Assembly (NCBI GenBank): GCA_963750165.1
Contig: CAVVPN010000004.1
Location: forward strand, 416,001 to 480,000
Source: an uncultured Gemmataceae bacterium
GTDB lineage: Bacteria; Planctomycetota; Planctomycetia; Gemmatales; Gemmataceae
Length of the DNA stretch: 64,000 bases
Direction: 5' to 3'
Positions 8,641-21,000 of the stretch are shown in pieces. A model generated the notes under the pieces. It was not told the origin of the DNA and did no database searches. It was given only the letters and a program-made list of their open reading frames with translations. Numbering within the stretch: the stretch's first letter is position 1; each line of letters opens with the position of its first letter. Made by a program: the position numbers and the translations under genes.

Positions 8641-10899
8641 TCAGCGCGGCAGCCGGAACGGGCCAGGCCGCAGGTGCGGGTGGAAGGCAAATGACCAGCC
8701 CTCGAACGGCGCGCCCGTCAGCCTCCGCCACCGCGTCGCCTGCTCCTCCGTCAGCACGGCCCGGATGCGCTCGCGCACCGACCGTGCGCGCTGCTCGTTG
8801 GCCTTGCGCTGTTCCTCCGGCGAGCGGGGCCGGCCCTTGGGCCCCGGTGGCAATGGCACGAAGACGGGCTCCGCCTCGATGGCCCGCAACCGCTCGCGCT
8901 GCTCGGCAGTCAACTTCAGGGTGGTGACCACGGCCGGGTCGCGGAAGGCGCTCGCCCCCTGCAACTGCATCGTGATCTGGCGGAGGCGGTCGCGCTGCTG
9001 CGGCGTCAGGATCGCCGTGATCGCCGCCTCGTTGGCGCGGGCCGACTCCAGGAAGCGTTGCTGCCGCTCGCGCGGCGTTAACTGGTTATACTTCTGGAAG
9101 GCTTCCAGGCGCTGCGTGGCCAGGCGGCGCGACCATTCGGTGATCTGCTCGCGCTGCTCGGCGGACGGCCGCAGGTCGGCGAGCACGCCCGGGTTGGCCA
9201 GCAGAGCCAGCTGCCCCGCTCCTTGCAGCACCAGCAAATCGTCCAGGATTTCCCGCACATGGGCCTGCGTGGCGGTCAACTCGGCCTGGGCGTCGGGCTC
9301 GTCCCGGCGCTGCTGGATCAGTTCCTGGTAGTAGACCAGCGCCTCTTCCAGTAGCCGCTTGCGCAACCCGTCCATCTCCGGTCGGCCGGCCAGTTCCTCC
9401 TCGGCCAGCACGATCAGCTTGTCCACGGAGCGGCGGGCCAGCCGGAAGCGCGCTTCCGCCTCCTCAGCCCGCTGCCGCTCGCGCTCGAAGGCCAACCGGG
9501 TCTTCTCCTGCTCGGCGCGGGTATTTTCCTGCTCACCGCGAATCAGCCAGGCGCTGACCGTGGAGCCCGCCGCCAGCAGCACCAGCAGCACGACGGCCGC
9601 GACCGACACCGAGGGATGGCGGCGCAGCCACTTCCGCGCCCGCTGGACCAGGGTCGCGCGCCGGGCCCGGATCGGCTCGTAGCGCAGGAAACGATGCAGG
9701 TCGTCAGCGAGTTCACCGGCCGTGGCGTAGCGGTCGGCCGGAGCCTTGCTGATCGCTTTCAGGGTGATGGTTTCCAGCTCCTCGGGCAGGGCGGCGTCCA
9801 GCGCCCGCGGCGGCCGCGGCTCCTCGTGCAGGATGCGGTGCAGCATCCCTTGCCGGTCGGGCGCATCGAAGATCGGCCGCAGCGTCAGCAGTTCGTAGAG
9901 CGTCGCCCCGAGCGAGTACACATCGGTGCGGTGGTCGGTCAGGACGCGCTGGCCGCCGGCCTGTTCGGGGCTCATGTAGCGCAGGGTGCCAAGTAGATCG
10001 CCAGTCTGCGTCAGCCCGGCGGCGTGGAACTGCGCCAGGCCGAAGTCGGTGACCCACACGTCGCCGTGCCCGTCCACGAGCAGGTTGGCCGGCTTCACGT
10101 CGCGATGGACCACCCCCAGATTGTGGGCGTAGTCCAGGGCCTGCGCGGCCTGGGCCACCAGCCGGGCCGCTGTGCGGTAGAAGTCGGACGCGCGGCCGGT
10201 GCGCCGCACCGTGAACTGGGTTCGCCAGGCCGCCCGGTCCTCGGTGGCCGGGGTGTACGGCCCCGTGGCGTCATCGTCCAGGCCGGGGCCGGGCTGCTCG
10301 GAAAGCTCGAAGCGGCGCAGCCCATCAATGACGGCGGCCAGGTTCTGGCCCTCAATCAACTGCATGGCGTAGAAGTGGACGCCGCGCTCCGAGCCCACGG
10401 CGTAGACGGGGACGATGTGCTGGTGGTGCAGCTGGGCCGCCGCCTGCGCCTCGTTCTTGAAGCGCTGCAGCTGGCGGGCGTCCAGGGCGGCGGCGAACGG
10501 CAGCACCTTGAGGGCCACGCGCCGACCCAGCGACCGCTGCAGCGCCTCGTAGACGATACCCATGCCGCCGCGGCCGATCTCGCGGACTATGCGGAAGTCG
10601 CCGAGCGGCTCCGGCAGGGCGTCCGTCGTGGCCGGGTCCGGAGACCCGGCCACAATGGGGGGAGACCCGGCCACAACGAGAGGGGTTTCGTCGGGCGGAT
10701 TCAGCAGGGGCACCGCGGCGTGTACCATGTCCAGGGCGTCGAGGTACGGCGCCAGCGCCGCGCTCAGGTCAGGATACTGGCGGGTGAACGCGCGGCGGTC
10801 GGGCCGGCGGCCGGCTTCGAGTTCGGCGAGGTAGGCCTGCACGGCCTGGAGCAGGCGGGGGTCATCGTCAGGCAGGGTGCGATCCTGGGCGGGACTCAA
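8641..10899 (-). CDS. Membrane-anchored Hanks-type Ser/Thr protein kinase with a C-terminal LTxxQ-repeat helical domain
   Basis: GRGGMGIVY, VALK, HRDVKPAN, DFG, GTLRYMSPE and one TM segment. The likely TTG start at 10899 overlaps the sigma-factor stop (TTGA) after GGAGG. Confidence 0.9.
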   Translation of the reverse strand: MSPAQDRTLPDDDPRLLQAVQAYLAELEAGRRPDRRAFTRQYPDLSAALAPYLDALDMVHAAVPLLNPPDETPLVVAGSPPIVAGSPDPATTDALPEPLGDFRIVREIGRGGMGIVYEALQRSLGRRVALKVLPFAAALDARQLQRFKNEAQAAAQLHHQHIVPVYAVGSERGVHFYAMQLIEGQNLAAVIDGLRRFELSEQPGPGLDDDATGPYTPATEDRAAWRTQFTVRRTGRASDFYRTAARLVAQAAQALDYAHNLGVVHRDVKPANLLVDGHGDVWVTDFGLAQFHAAGLTQTGDLLGTLRYMSPEQAGGQRVLTDHRTDVYSLGATLYELLTLRPIFDAPDRQGMLHRILHEEPRPPRALDAALPEELETITLKAISKAPADRYATAGELADDLHRFLRYEPIRARRATLVQRARKWLRRHPSVSVAAVVLLVLLAAGSTVSAWLIRGEQENTRAEQEKTRLAFERERQRAEEAEARFRLARRSVDKLIVLAEEELAGRPEMDGLRKRLLEEALVYYQELIQQRRDEPDAQAELTATQAHVREILDDLLVLQGAGQLALLANPGVLADLRPSAEQREQITEWSRRLATQRLEAFQKYNQLTPRERQQRFLESARANEAAITAILTPQQRDRLRQITMQLQGASAFRDPAVVTTLKLTAEQRERLRAIEAEPVFVPLPPGPKGRPRSPEEQRKANEQRARSVRERIRAVLTEEQATRWRRLTGAPFEGWSFAFHPHLRPGPFRLPR

Positions 10900-11510
10900 G
10901 GGGGGCCTCCGAGGTGTTGACGCAGGCGGACCAGGGCGCGCATCCACAATTTTTCCACACTGTCAAGGCTTCGCTGCATCCGGGCGGCCGCCTCCGGGAA
11001 GGTCAGGCCCTCCAGGTGGCGGAGCACGAGAACTTCGCGGTAGTCGTCGGGCAGCTGGGCAAGGGCCGCGGCCAGCAGCACGGCCTGCTCGCGGCGGCAG
11101 GCTTGCTGGCTGGGCGAGGACAGCGGCGACACCAGACCGCCGCCGAGCAGCACCGACGAGCGCTCCAGGTCGTCCTCGATGGCGCGCTCCAGGCGCACAT
11201 CACGGCCGCGGGTGCCGAGGTAGCGGCGCAACAGATCGGCTAGTTTCGCCGCCAGAATCTGCCGCAGCCAGCTCAGGAACTGGGCCTGACTGTTGCCGCG
11301 GAAGCGGCCGAAGTTGCGGTGCGCTTCCAGGAACGTCTCCTGAACGATGTCCGAGGCGTCCACCTTGCCCTGCAACCGCTGCCCAATCTGGACGCGCGCC
11401 AGCAGGGCCAGGTAGTGGCGGTACAACTCCAGCAGCCGGCCGAGCGTCGCGGCGTCCCCAACCCGGGCCTCCCGCAACAGGTGCTCAGGATCTGCCGCGG
11501 TGGACTCCAT
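10896..11510 (-). CDS. ECF sigma-70 factor, planctomycete-type, coupled to the kinase
   Basis: RLQGKVDASDIVQETFLEAHR (region 2) and LPDDYREVLVLRHLEGLTFPEAA (region 4). Confidence 0.9.
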   Translation of the reverse strand: MESTAADPEHLLREARVGDAATLGRLLELYRHYLALLARVQIGQRLQGKVDASDIVQETFLEAHRNFGRFRGNSQAQFLSWLRQILAAKLADLLRRYLGTRGRDVRLERAIEDDLERSSVLLGGGLVSPLSSPSQQACRREQAVLLAAALAQLPDDYREVLVLRHLEGLTFPEAAARMQRSLDSVEKLWMRALVRLRQHLGGPP

Positions 11511-11736
11511 CGTCGCTCCGTACTCGGTAAGTCGCGGCAGGGACCGCAGCACCGCCGCGCAAAAAACCAATTTTCCCGACGCGCTCGGTAACGCAGCCTG
11601 GACGGCGCATGGGGGTGTATCTTGAAAATCGTAGCAACCCAAACATGAAACCGGAATGAACCCGCGATTAGAAAAATATCGCCGATTTTAACCAAACTCT
11701 CACCTGTCTGCTGGGTATACTTTGATAAGTGATGGT

Positions 11737-11745
11737 TGATATAAT
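11737..11745 (+). promoter_or_regulatory. Candidate extended -10 promoter (TGATATAAT) for the giant surface protein gene
   Basis: Perfect TGnTATAAT in the AT-rich divergent intergenic region, ~315 bp upstream of the ATG at 12061. Confidence 0.35.
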
Positions 11746-12060
11746 TCCACATCGGCACCCTGGCTGCGCCGCCCTGGCGCATGCCGCAGCCCCGAGGCCG
11801 ATCTTACCTGACACGGAGCCAGTGACTTGCGACCAGGCTCCGCCTACATGCTGACCCTGCCTGTGCAGGCCGTCGCCGAATAAGCGAAAAAAACTTTCAA
11901 CCGGCGCGGCGGTTTTTTGACCTCTGCAACGACTAGGCAAAGAGGGAATGATACGCCCGGTATGATTCTTGTGACGATCACCAACTAAGTCGTTTTGTCT
12001 GACCCGGGCGCGCGCCGCTGGCTGATTGCTCCCGACACCACCCACCCAAAAGGTCTTCCC

Positions 12061-15000
12061 ATGCGTCCGCTCTCCTGGGCCCGCTGGCTGCGATCCCTGT
12101 TCACCCGCCCGACCACTCCTTTCCGACGAACATCCCACCGCCTGGCCCTGGAGCAGCTGGAGACACGCGTGACGCCCGCCACGCATACCTGGTCGGGCGG
12201 CGGCGGGGCGCTGAACACCGCCTGGACCTCCACCGCCAACTGGCGCGATGGCGTGCCGTCGGCCGGCGACGACCTGGTGTTCCCCGCCACCGCCACCGCC
12301 TTCAACGCCACTAACGACTTTTCCGTCGGCACCGTCTTCAACAGCATCACCATCTCGGGCAGCAACTACACACTGTCTGGCAACAGCATCACGCTCGGCA
12401 ACCCCGTGACCTCGGGCAGCGGCTTCCTCACGGTCAACGGCGGCGCCACCGGCGAGGTGCTGTCGCTGAACATCCAGTTCGGCGGCTCGGCCAACGGCCA
12501 GCAAATCTTCACCGTCAACGCCGGTTCCAACATCACCCTGGCCGGCCAGTTGAGCGGCCCCAGCGGCTACCAGCTGACCAAGGAGGGCACCGGCACCCTG
12601 ACGCTGTCCGGCGACAACAGCAGTTTCGCCGGCCCGATCAGCATCGATAACAACGCCGGCATCCTGGCCATCACCAACGCCAACGCCCTTGGCGCCGGCA
12701 CCAACAGCACCACTGTCGGCTCCGGCTCGCAGCTGCAGGTCGTCAACGCCAGCGGCGCCATCCCCGAGAACCTGCTGCTGAACGGCCTGGGACCGATCAA
12801 CGACGGCGCCCTGCTCAACGTTGCCGGCAACAACACCTGGACCGGTAATGTCACGCTCGACAGCACCGCCGCGCTCGGCTCCAACGCCGGCAGCCTGACC
12901 ATCGCCGGCACGATCAGCGACGCCGGCGCCGGCCTTGGCCTGTCCAAGGAGGGGGTCGGCCAGATCATCTTCGCTCACGACAACACCTACCGCGGCACCA
13001 CCACCATCGACAACGGCGTCCTGACCATCGAGACGCCCCTGGGGTTGGGCACCGCCGACAGCGGCACGGTGGTCAACAACACAAGCGGCGGCAGCGGCAC
13101 GCTGCAGCTCAACGACCCCAGCGGTATCGGCTTCACCGTGCTGAACGAGCAGGTCACCCTCAACGGCAGCGGCTCCGGCGGCCTGGGGGCGCTGCAAAAC
13201 GTCTCCGGCAACAACCAGTGGGCCGGCAGCATTTTGGTGGGCAGCACGGCGCCGTTCGGCTCCAGCGCCAGCATCGGCGCCGCGGCCAACACTGCCCTGA
13301 CCGTCAGCGGCGTCATCAGCAACCCCAACGGCGCTTACACGCTGACCAAGGTGAACACCGGCGAGCTGATTCTGAATAACGTCAACACCGTCACTGGCTC
13401 GTTCACCATCGCGGCGGGGGTGGTCAGCGTCCGCGACTCCAACGCCTTGGGTACGACCTCCGGCATCACGGTCGCTAACGGCGCCGCCCTGTGGTTGGAG
13501 ATCGACTCCGGCCTCGACCCGCACGGCCGCAACCTGTCCAACGACTCCGTCACGCACAACAGCCAGGAGCTACAAATCGCCGATCCGCTGACCATCTCCG
13601 GCACCGGCGTGGGCAACACCGGCGCCCTGCGCAGCGTCAGCGGCATCAACGTCTACACCGGCGCCATCAGCGGCACCGGCGCCATTGGCGTGGACCCCGA
13701 TCCCAATCCCAAGAACGACAACAGCTACTTCACCAACGATTACAGCCTGACGGCCACCGGCAGGGTCAGCGTCGTCGGCCTGAGCAAGGTCGGCACCGGC
13801 CAGCTGATTCTGCCCACCGCCAACACCATCAACGGCCTGACGGTGCAGCAGGGCTGGGTCACCGCTCAGAACAACCTGTCGCTGGGCACCGGCCCCGTCA
13901 CCGTCCAGTCCGGGGCAGCCGTCCAACTCAAGCCGCCGGCCCCGGGCATCAACCTCACCCTGACCAACACCTTCACGTTGTCGGGCAATGGCTTCAGCCA
14001 CCCCTTCGGTCTCATCAACCAGAAGGGGGCCCTCGAGAGTCTGGGCGGCAACAACGTCATCGGCGGCGGCAACAACAACGTGGTCTTCAACGGCAACGCC
14101 GGCATCGGCGTGGTCGAGGTCGATCCCGCCTACGCCGCCGTCACCCCGAGTGAGCTGACCATCACCGACGAGATCATTGACGGGGCGGCCGCGGGCGGCT
14201 TCACCAAGCTCGGTTCGCGGCGGCTGAACCTGGAGGGCGAGGGCTCCTACAGCGGCAACAACATTATCCAGGAAGGGGTGGTGCGCATCCAAACCGACTC
14301 CGGCCTGGGCACATCCAGCACCGGCACCGCCACGGGGCCGGAAACCTACGCCAACTCGACCACCTCCCTGGGCACCGGCAACGCGACCATCCAGCGCTTC
14401 GTCGTCACCGGCTTTGGCACCTACACGTTGACCTTCAACGGCCAGACCACCTCCGCCTTGCAGTACAACGCCACGGCCGCCCAGGTCCAGTCCGCCCTCA
14501 ACGCCCTGTCGAACGTCAGCGGCGTCGGCGGCGTCGTCAGCGTCAACGAGTCTTCCAACGTCTACACCGTGACGTTCGCGGGGACGTTCCTGGGCTACAA
14601 CCAACCGACGCTGACCGCCACCGGCAGCGGCGGCACCTCCGTGGCTGTGAACGTCATCGTGGCCGGCGACGGCCCCGCCCTGGAGTTGCAGAGCCAGGTG
14701 CCGCAGCTCAACGGCGGCATCCCGGCGGGCCTGTCCATCTGGAACGAGGCCCTGGTGCTCAGCGGCCCCGGCAACACCACCTTCGGCGACGGCCCGCTCA
14801 CCGTCTACTCCGACGACAACCTCTGGCGCGGCCCGGTCACCCTCAAGACCAGCACTACCTTCCAGATCCCTGCCAGCGCCCGCCTGACGCTGGACGGCCC
14901 CGTGGACGACGCCTCCAACCCGGCGGTCGGCGGCTCGAACCTGACCCTCACCGGCGGCGGCGAGCTGGCCCTGGCGGGGGCCAACACCTACCGCGGCACC

Positions 15001-18000
15001 ACCTACGTCGAACAGGGCACCCTGACCCTGGAGAACAGTCAGGCCCTGGGCGGCACCGGCACGGCGGCGGTCCAGACGGTCACCGTGACCGGCACGGCGG
15101 GCACATTCACGTTGACCTTCAACGGCCAGACCACAGCCCTGGCTTACAACGCCACCGCGGCCCAGGTGCAGACCGCCCTGAATGCGCTGTCCACCATCGG
15201 CGGCGCCGGCGGCTCCGTGACCGTCAGCCAGTCCGCCAACGTCTACACGGTGACCTTCGGCGGCAACCTGTTCGGCTTCAGCCAGTCGCAGATCACCGCT
15301 GCGGCGGCCGGCGGCGCCACTGCGGTCACGGGCACCCTGGTCCAGGGCGGCGGCGGCACGTTCGTGGCCGCCGGCTCCTCGGTGCAACTCGAGGGCAGCC
15401 TGACCATCGCCGGCGAGCCGCTCATCCTGGAGGGCCAGGGCGCCAACCAGGCCTCCTACGTGCCGACCGGCTGGTTCCCGCTGGGGCCGGCGCCGGTCAA
15501 CAGCGGCCAGACGGCCGGCAACAACTCCGTCACCGGCCGCGTTACCGACGTTGTCGCCGACCCGACCAACCCCAACGTCATCTACATCACCACGGCCGGC
15601 GGCGGCGCCTGGAAGACGACGGACGGCGGCGTCACCTGGAAGCCGCTCTTCGACCGTGCCGGCACCGGCAGCGTCTCCGCAGTCCAGACCGCCACCGTGA
15701 CCGGCACGGCGGGCACATTCACGTTGACCTTCAACGGCCAGACCACCACGGCCCTGGCTTACAACGCCACCGCGGCCCAGGTGCAGACCGCCCTGAACGC
15801 GCTGTCCACCATCGGCGGCGTCGGCGGCGCCGTGACCGTCACCCTGACCGGCAGCATCTACAGCATCACCTACGGCGGCACCCTGACCGGGGGCAGCCAG
15901 CCCCAGATCACCGGCACCGGGGCGGGCGGCGCCACGATCACCACGGCCACCGCGGTCCAGGGTGGCGGCATCATCGCCAATGAGGAGCAGGACCTCAGCG
16001 TGACCGGCATGGCCGGCACCTACACGCTGAACTTTGCAGGCCAGACCACGGCGGCGCTGGCCTACAACGCCACCGCGGCCCAGATCCAGACCGCCCTGGA
16101 CGCGCTGTCCACCATCGGCGGTGTCGGCGGCTCCGTGACCGTCCTGGGGAGCAACGGCGCCTTCGCCATCGGCTTCGGCGGCAACCTGGGCGGCCAGGCG
16201 TTATCGCAGATCGTCGCCACCGGCACCGGCGGGGCCACGGCCGCGATCAGCCCGTTCGCGGATGGCTACGGTATCACCCTGGATACACAGGAAATCGACG
16301 TGGCCCTGGCGTCCGGCACCTACACGCTGAGCTTCAACGGTGCCACTACCCCATCCCTGCCCTACAACGCCACGGCCACCCAGGTGCAGACCGCCCTGAA
16401 CGCGCTGCCGACCATCGGCGGCGTTGGCGGCAGCGTCTACGTGGTGCAGCCGCCGCTGCCCGTGTACACCATCACCTTCCCCACCACCGGCAACAACGCG
16501 GGCATCAACCAGCCGCAGATGACCGCCACCGGCACCGGCGGCGCCAGCGCCAGCGTGACTACCGTGACGAACGGTAGCCGCACCAACGAGGTGCAGGACA
16601 TCAACGTCACGGGCGGGGCGGGGTCGTTCGTCCTGATGTTCGGCACGGCCGGCTTCGGCGGCGGTAACGCCACCGTCGCCATCCCCTACGGCTCCTCGGC
16701 GGCAACGGTGCAGGCGGACCTGAACGCCGTGCGGAACATCCAGCGCGGCGGCGGCGGCGGCGGCGGCGGCGGTGGCTCGGTCACCGTGACGCAGTCCGGC
16801 AACGACTACATCGTCACCTTCACCGGCACGATGGCCGGCAGCGCCGAGCAGTTGCTCACCGACACGGCCACCGGCGGCGCCGTCGTCGCCACCAGTGAGT
16901 TGACCCACGGCGGCACCGTCGTCACCCCCGAGGTGCAACGCGTCTCGGTCAACGGCACGGCGGGCACATTCACCATCACATTCAACGGCAGGACCACCAG
17001 CGCCTTGGCCTACAACGCCAGTGCTGTCCAGGTACAAACCGCCCTGAACGCGCTGTCGAGCATCAGTGGCGGTGGCGGTGGCGGTGGTGGTGGCGGTGGT
17101 GGCGGCGGCGCCGGCCCCGTGACCGTGACGTTGGCCAATGCGCCGTTCTTCACCGCCACCTTCGGCAACAGTTTGCTCGGGTTGAACGTGCCGCTGATGA
17201 TCGCCGCCGGCAACGCCGGCGCCACCGTCAGCTCCGTCAGTTCCGGCTCGGGCGTCACCGCGGGCGTGCAGGCGTTTACCATCAACGGCACCGGCACGTT
17301 CACCCTGGGGTTCGACGGCGCCACCACTGCGGTGCTGCCCGCGGGCGCCTCGGCCGTGCAGGTGCAGACGGCCCTGAACACGCTGCCGACCGTCGGCGGC
17401 GTCGGCGGTTCGGTCAGTGTGACCAGTTCCACCAGTCCCGACGGCACCACCACCTACGCCGTCACCTTCTACGACAACCTGTCCGGCAGCGGGCTGCCGC
17501 AGTTGACCGTCACCGGCGACACCAATGTGACCACCACGGAGTTCCCGGTCGCGACCGGGCTGGTGCAGGACAACCCGCTGTTCATCGGCACCATCACGAT
17601 GGACCCGAACAACCCGCAGATCCTCTACCTGGGCACCGGCGATACCGACAACTCCACCGACTCCTACTACGGCACCGGCATCTACAAATCGACCGACGGC
17701 GGCCAGACCTGGACCCTCATGACCGACAGCCTGGGCGGCAACCCGCTCTACGGCCGCGGCGTCTCGAAGATCGCCGTGGGCACCCTGAACGGCACCGCGT
17801 ACACCTTCGCCGCGGTCGGCGACGGCGGCTCCGGCCGCAACGAGGTCCAGACCCTCGGCTTCGCTCTGCCCCCCGGGGTGCAGACCTTCACGCTCACCTT
17901 CGTCGGCCCGGACTCCACCGGCTCCATCGTCTCCGACACAACTGGTCCCATCACCTGGGACCCGACGCGCCCGAACAACACCAACAACGCGCTGGTCGCC

Positions 18001-21000
18001 CAGGACATTCAGGCCCAGCTGATGGGCGGCACGGACTCGTCCGGGACGGTGTGGACGGGCCTGTCGAACATCGAAGGCATCGGCGCCACCGTCGTCGTCA
18101 CAGCTCCGACGGGCGGTGGTGGCGGCGGTGGCGGTGGCGGTGGCGGCGGTGGCGGCGGCGGCAACCGCAATTTCTCGATACAGTTCGAGAGCGCCCTGGC
18201 GCTGACGAACGTGCAGCAAATCACCACCAACTGGCCGATCCCGACGTTCGGCGTACCCGGTATCGGCGTGGGCACGCAGGTGGACGGCGGGCCGCTCAAG
18301 GTCATCAATGGCACGTCGGGCAACCCCGGCATCTGGAGCTTCAACGCCACCACCTCCACCTGGAACAACCTCACGTCGGTCGAGTCGATGACGCGGGCCA
18401 CCGGCACGAGTTCGCAATCGACGCCGAACATGAACCCCAGGACGCCGGGGCCTGACGACAACTTCCTGGTCAGCTTCCCGCAGACCGGCACCACCTGGTC
18501 GGACCTGGCGCTGACCGCCGGCGGCACGCTGTACGCGGCCCTGGGCAATTCGTCGGGCAACAACAACAACGGCGTCTTCTACACCAACAACCCGACCGCG
18601 GCCGTCCCGGACTGGTACGTCGGCGACCCGACGAACACGGGCACGCCGCCGCCGCCCACGCTGCCCGACACCGAGAGCATGAACGAGTTCCCCGTGCCGG
18701 TCATGTCCGGGCTGCCGATCGGCAACATCAAGATCGCCACGGGCGGCATTCTGATTGACTCTAACGGCGTCCACGGTGTCATCTACGCCTCGGTGGCGGC
18801 CAACTTCGGCAGCCTGGTGAACATCTACACGACCATCGACGGCGGCAAGGACTGGCTACCGGTCGCCACGACGCCGCCGAACTACATGTTCTCGGAGGGC
18901 GGCTACGCCAACGCCATCGTCGCGGTGCCGGGCACAACCACCGTGTATGTGGCGGGCTACGAGAGCAGCGGCACCACGCACACGGATCAGGTGCTGGTGT
19001 CGCCCGATAGCGGCACCACCTGGATCGACATCTCAGTGGACATCGCCGGCAATGGGCCGCACACCGCCATCCACGCCCTGAGCCTGGATTCGCAGAATCG
19101 CGTGCTGGCCGCCACCGACGGCGGCCTGTGGCGCTACGACCCGGGCACCGGCTTCTGGACCGACCTGACCGGCAACCTGGAGGTGTCGCAGGTCAACAGC
19201 GTCGCCACCAGCCCGACCAACCTGAACACCGTCTACGCCGGCCTGCAGTCCAACGGCGTGGCGCAGTTCAACAACAACCTGGCCTGGACCTACGTGGACC
19301 AGAACCCCAACACGCTGGTGAGCGGCGGCGGCGCTGTCGTCGTGGACCCCCAAAACCCCAACAACGTCTACCACGTCGAGACCCAGACCGGCTCCAGCGC
19401 CGTGGTACGCCGCTCGACCGACGGCGGCCAGACCTGGACCACCGTGCTGACGACGACGCGCACCGCCGCCCCGCTGGTGATGGACATTGTCAACCCGGAC
19501 CGCCTGGTAGCGGGCGGCGCCAGCGTGGAGGAGTCGAAGAACCAGGGCACGAACTGGACGACCCTGACCCCGTCGGACCCGGTGACCGGAACCAGCCTGA
19601 GCAACGTCACCGGCGTGGCCGTGGCCGCCTACCAGGGCACGTTCGTGGAAGACAACGACTTCCCGTGGATCACCGATCAGGGGGCCAACACCTACGACCC
19701 GAACACCATCTACGCCACCGACGGCAGCAGCGTCTTCGTCACCAAGGACGACGGCACGACCTGGAAGGACCGTACCAACGACCTGACGGGGCTGGGCGGC
19801 ATCTCGGACATCGTGGTGGACCCGCGCAACCGCGACATCGTCTACGTCGTCCGCGATGTCTTCGGCGCCGGTCACGTGTTCCGCTCGACCGACGCCGGCC
19901 AGGACTGGACGGACATCAGCGGCAACCTGCCGAACCTGCCGACCTGGACGCTGGTCATCGACCCGCGCCAGGGCGACCCCAACTCGGCCGGGCCGACCTA
20001 CGGCAACATCTACGTCGGCACCGACGAGGGCGTCTACGAATTGCCCAATGGCAGCAGCTCCTGGCAGAGTGTCGGCAGCGCCCTGCCCAACGTCGCGGTG
20101 CATTCCCTGGACCTGAACCTGAACAGCAACATCCTGACGGCCGGCACCTACGGCCGCGGCGTCTTCCAGCTGCTGCTGGACGACGGCACCCCCGACCAGG
20201 GAGCGCTGCGGGCCCTGAGCGGCACCTCGGTCTGGACCGGCAACGTGATGGTCGCCGGCGACCCGACCACCAACGCCGTGGCCTTCGGCTCCAGCGGCTC
20301 GCAGGCGCTGCCCGGCGGCCTGGGCGCCACCTCGCTGACGATCGTCGGCACCATCAGCGACCTGACGCCGGGCAACAGCCCCCAGGTCAACAAGGTGGGC
20401 ACTGGGAGCGTCATCTTCGCCGGCGCCAACACCTACGGCGGCGTCACCGATATCCAGCAGGGCGTGCTGATCGTGCAGAACAAGAACGCCCTGGGCAGTT
20501 CCGCAGCCGGCACCATCGTGGACGACACGGTCAACCCCAACACGGCCCTGGAACTGCAATCCGACCTGGAGCTGGAGCCGATCTCGCTGCGCGGCAACGG
20601 CGTCAGCTTCAACGGCCACCCGACGGGCGGATTGCTCAACGTCAGCAACAACAACACCTACACCGGCACCCTGACGCTGATCGGCAACGCCACCATTGGC
20701 GTGGCCAGTGGCAGCACGCTGACCATCGGCAGCAAGGCGAACCTGCAGGGTACCGGCACGATCACGGACGGCGGCAACAATTACTCGCTGGTCAAGGAAC
20801 TGACCGGCACGCTGACCCTTTCGAGCGCCAACACCTTCGGCGGCGGCATGCTGGTCAGCCAGGGAGTGCTCAACGTGCAGAACGGCGGCGCCCTGGGCAG
20901 CAATGGCACGGCCGCCAGCGGCACCACGGTGCTCGACGGCGCCCAGTTGCAGTTGCAGGGCGGCATCATCATCACCGATGAAAACCTGCGTCTCTCCGGT

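Noticed and set aside
11752..11768. GG-N10-GC sigma-54-like site upstream of the giant gene
   Set aside because: CGGCAC...CTGC deviates at both conserved blocks and is expected by chance in GC-rich DNA.
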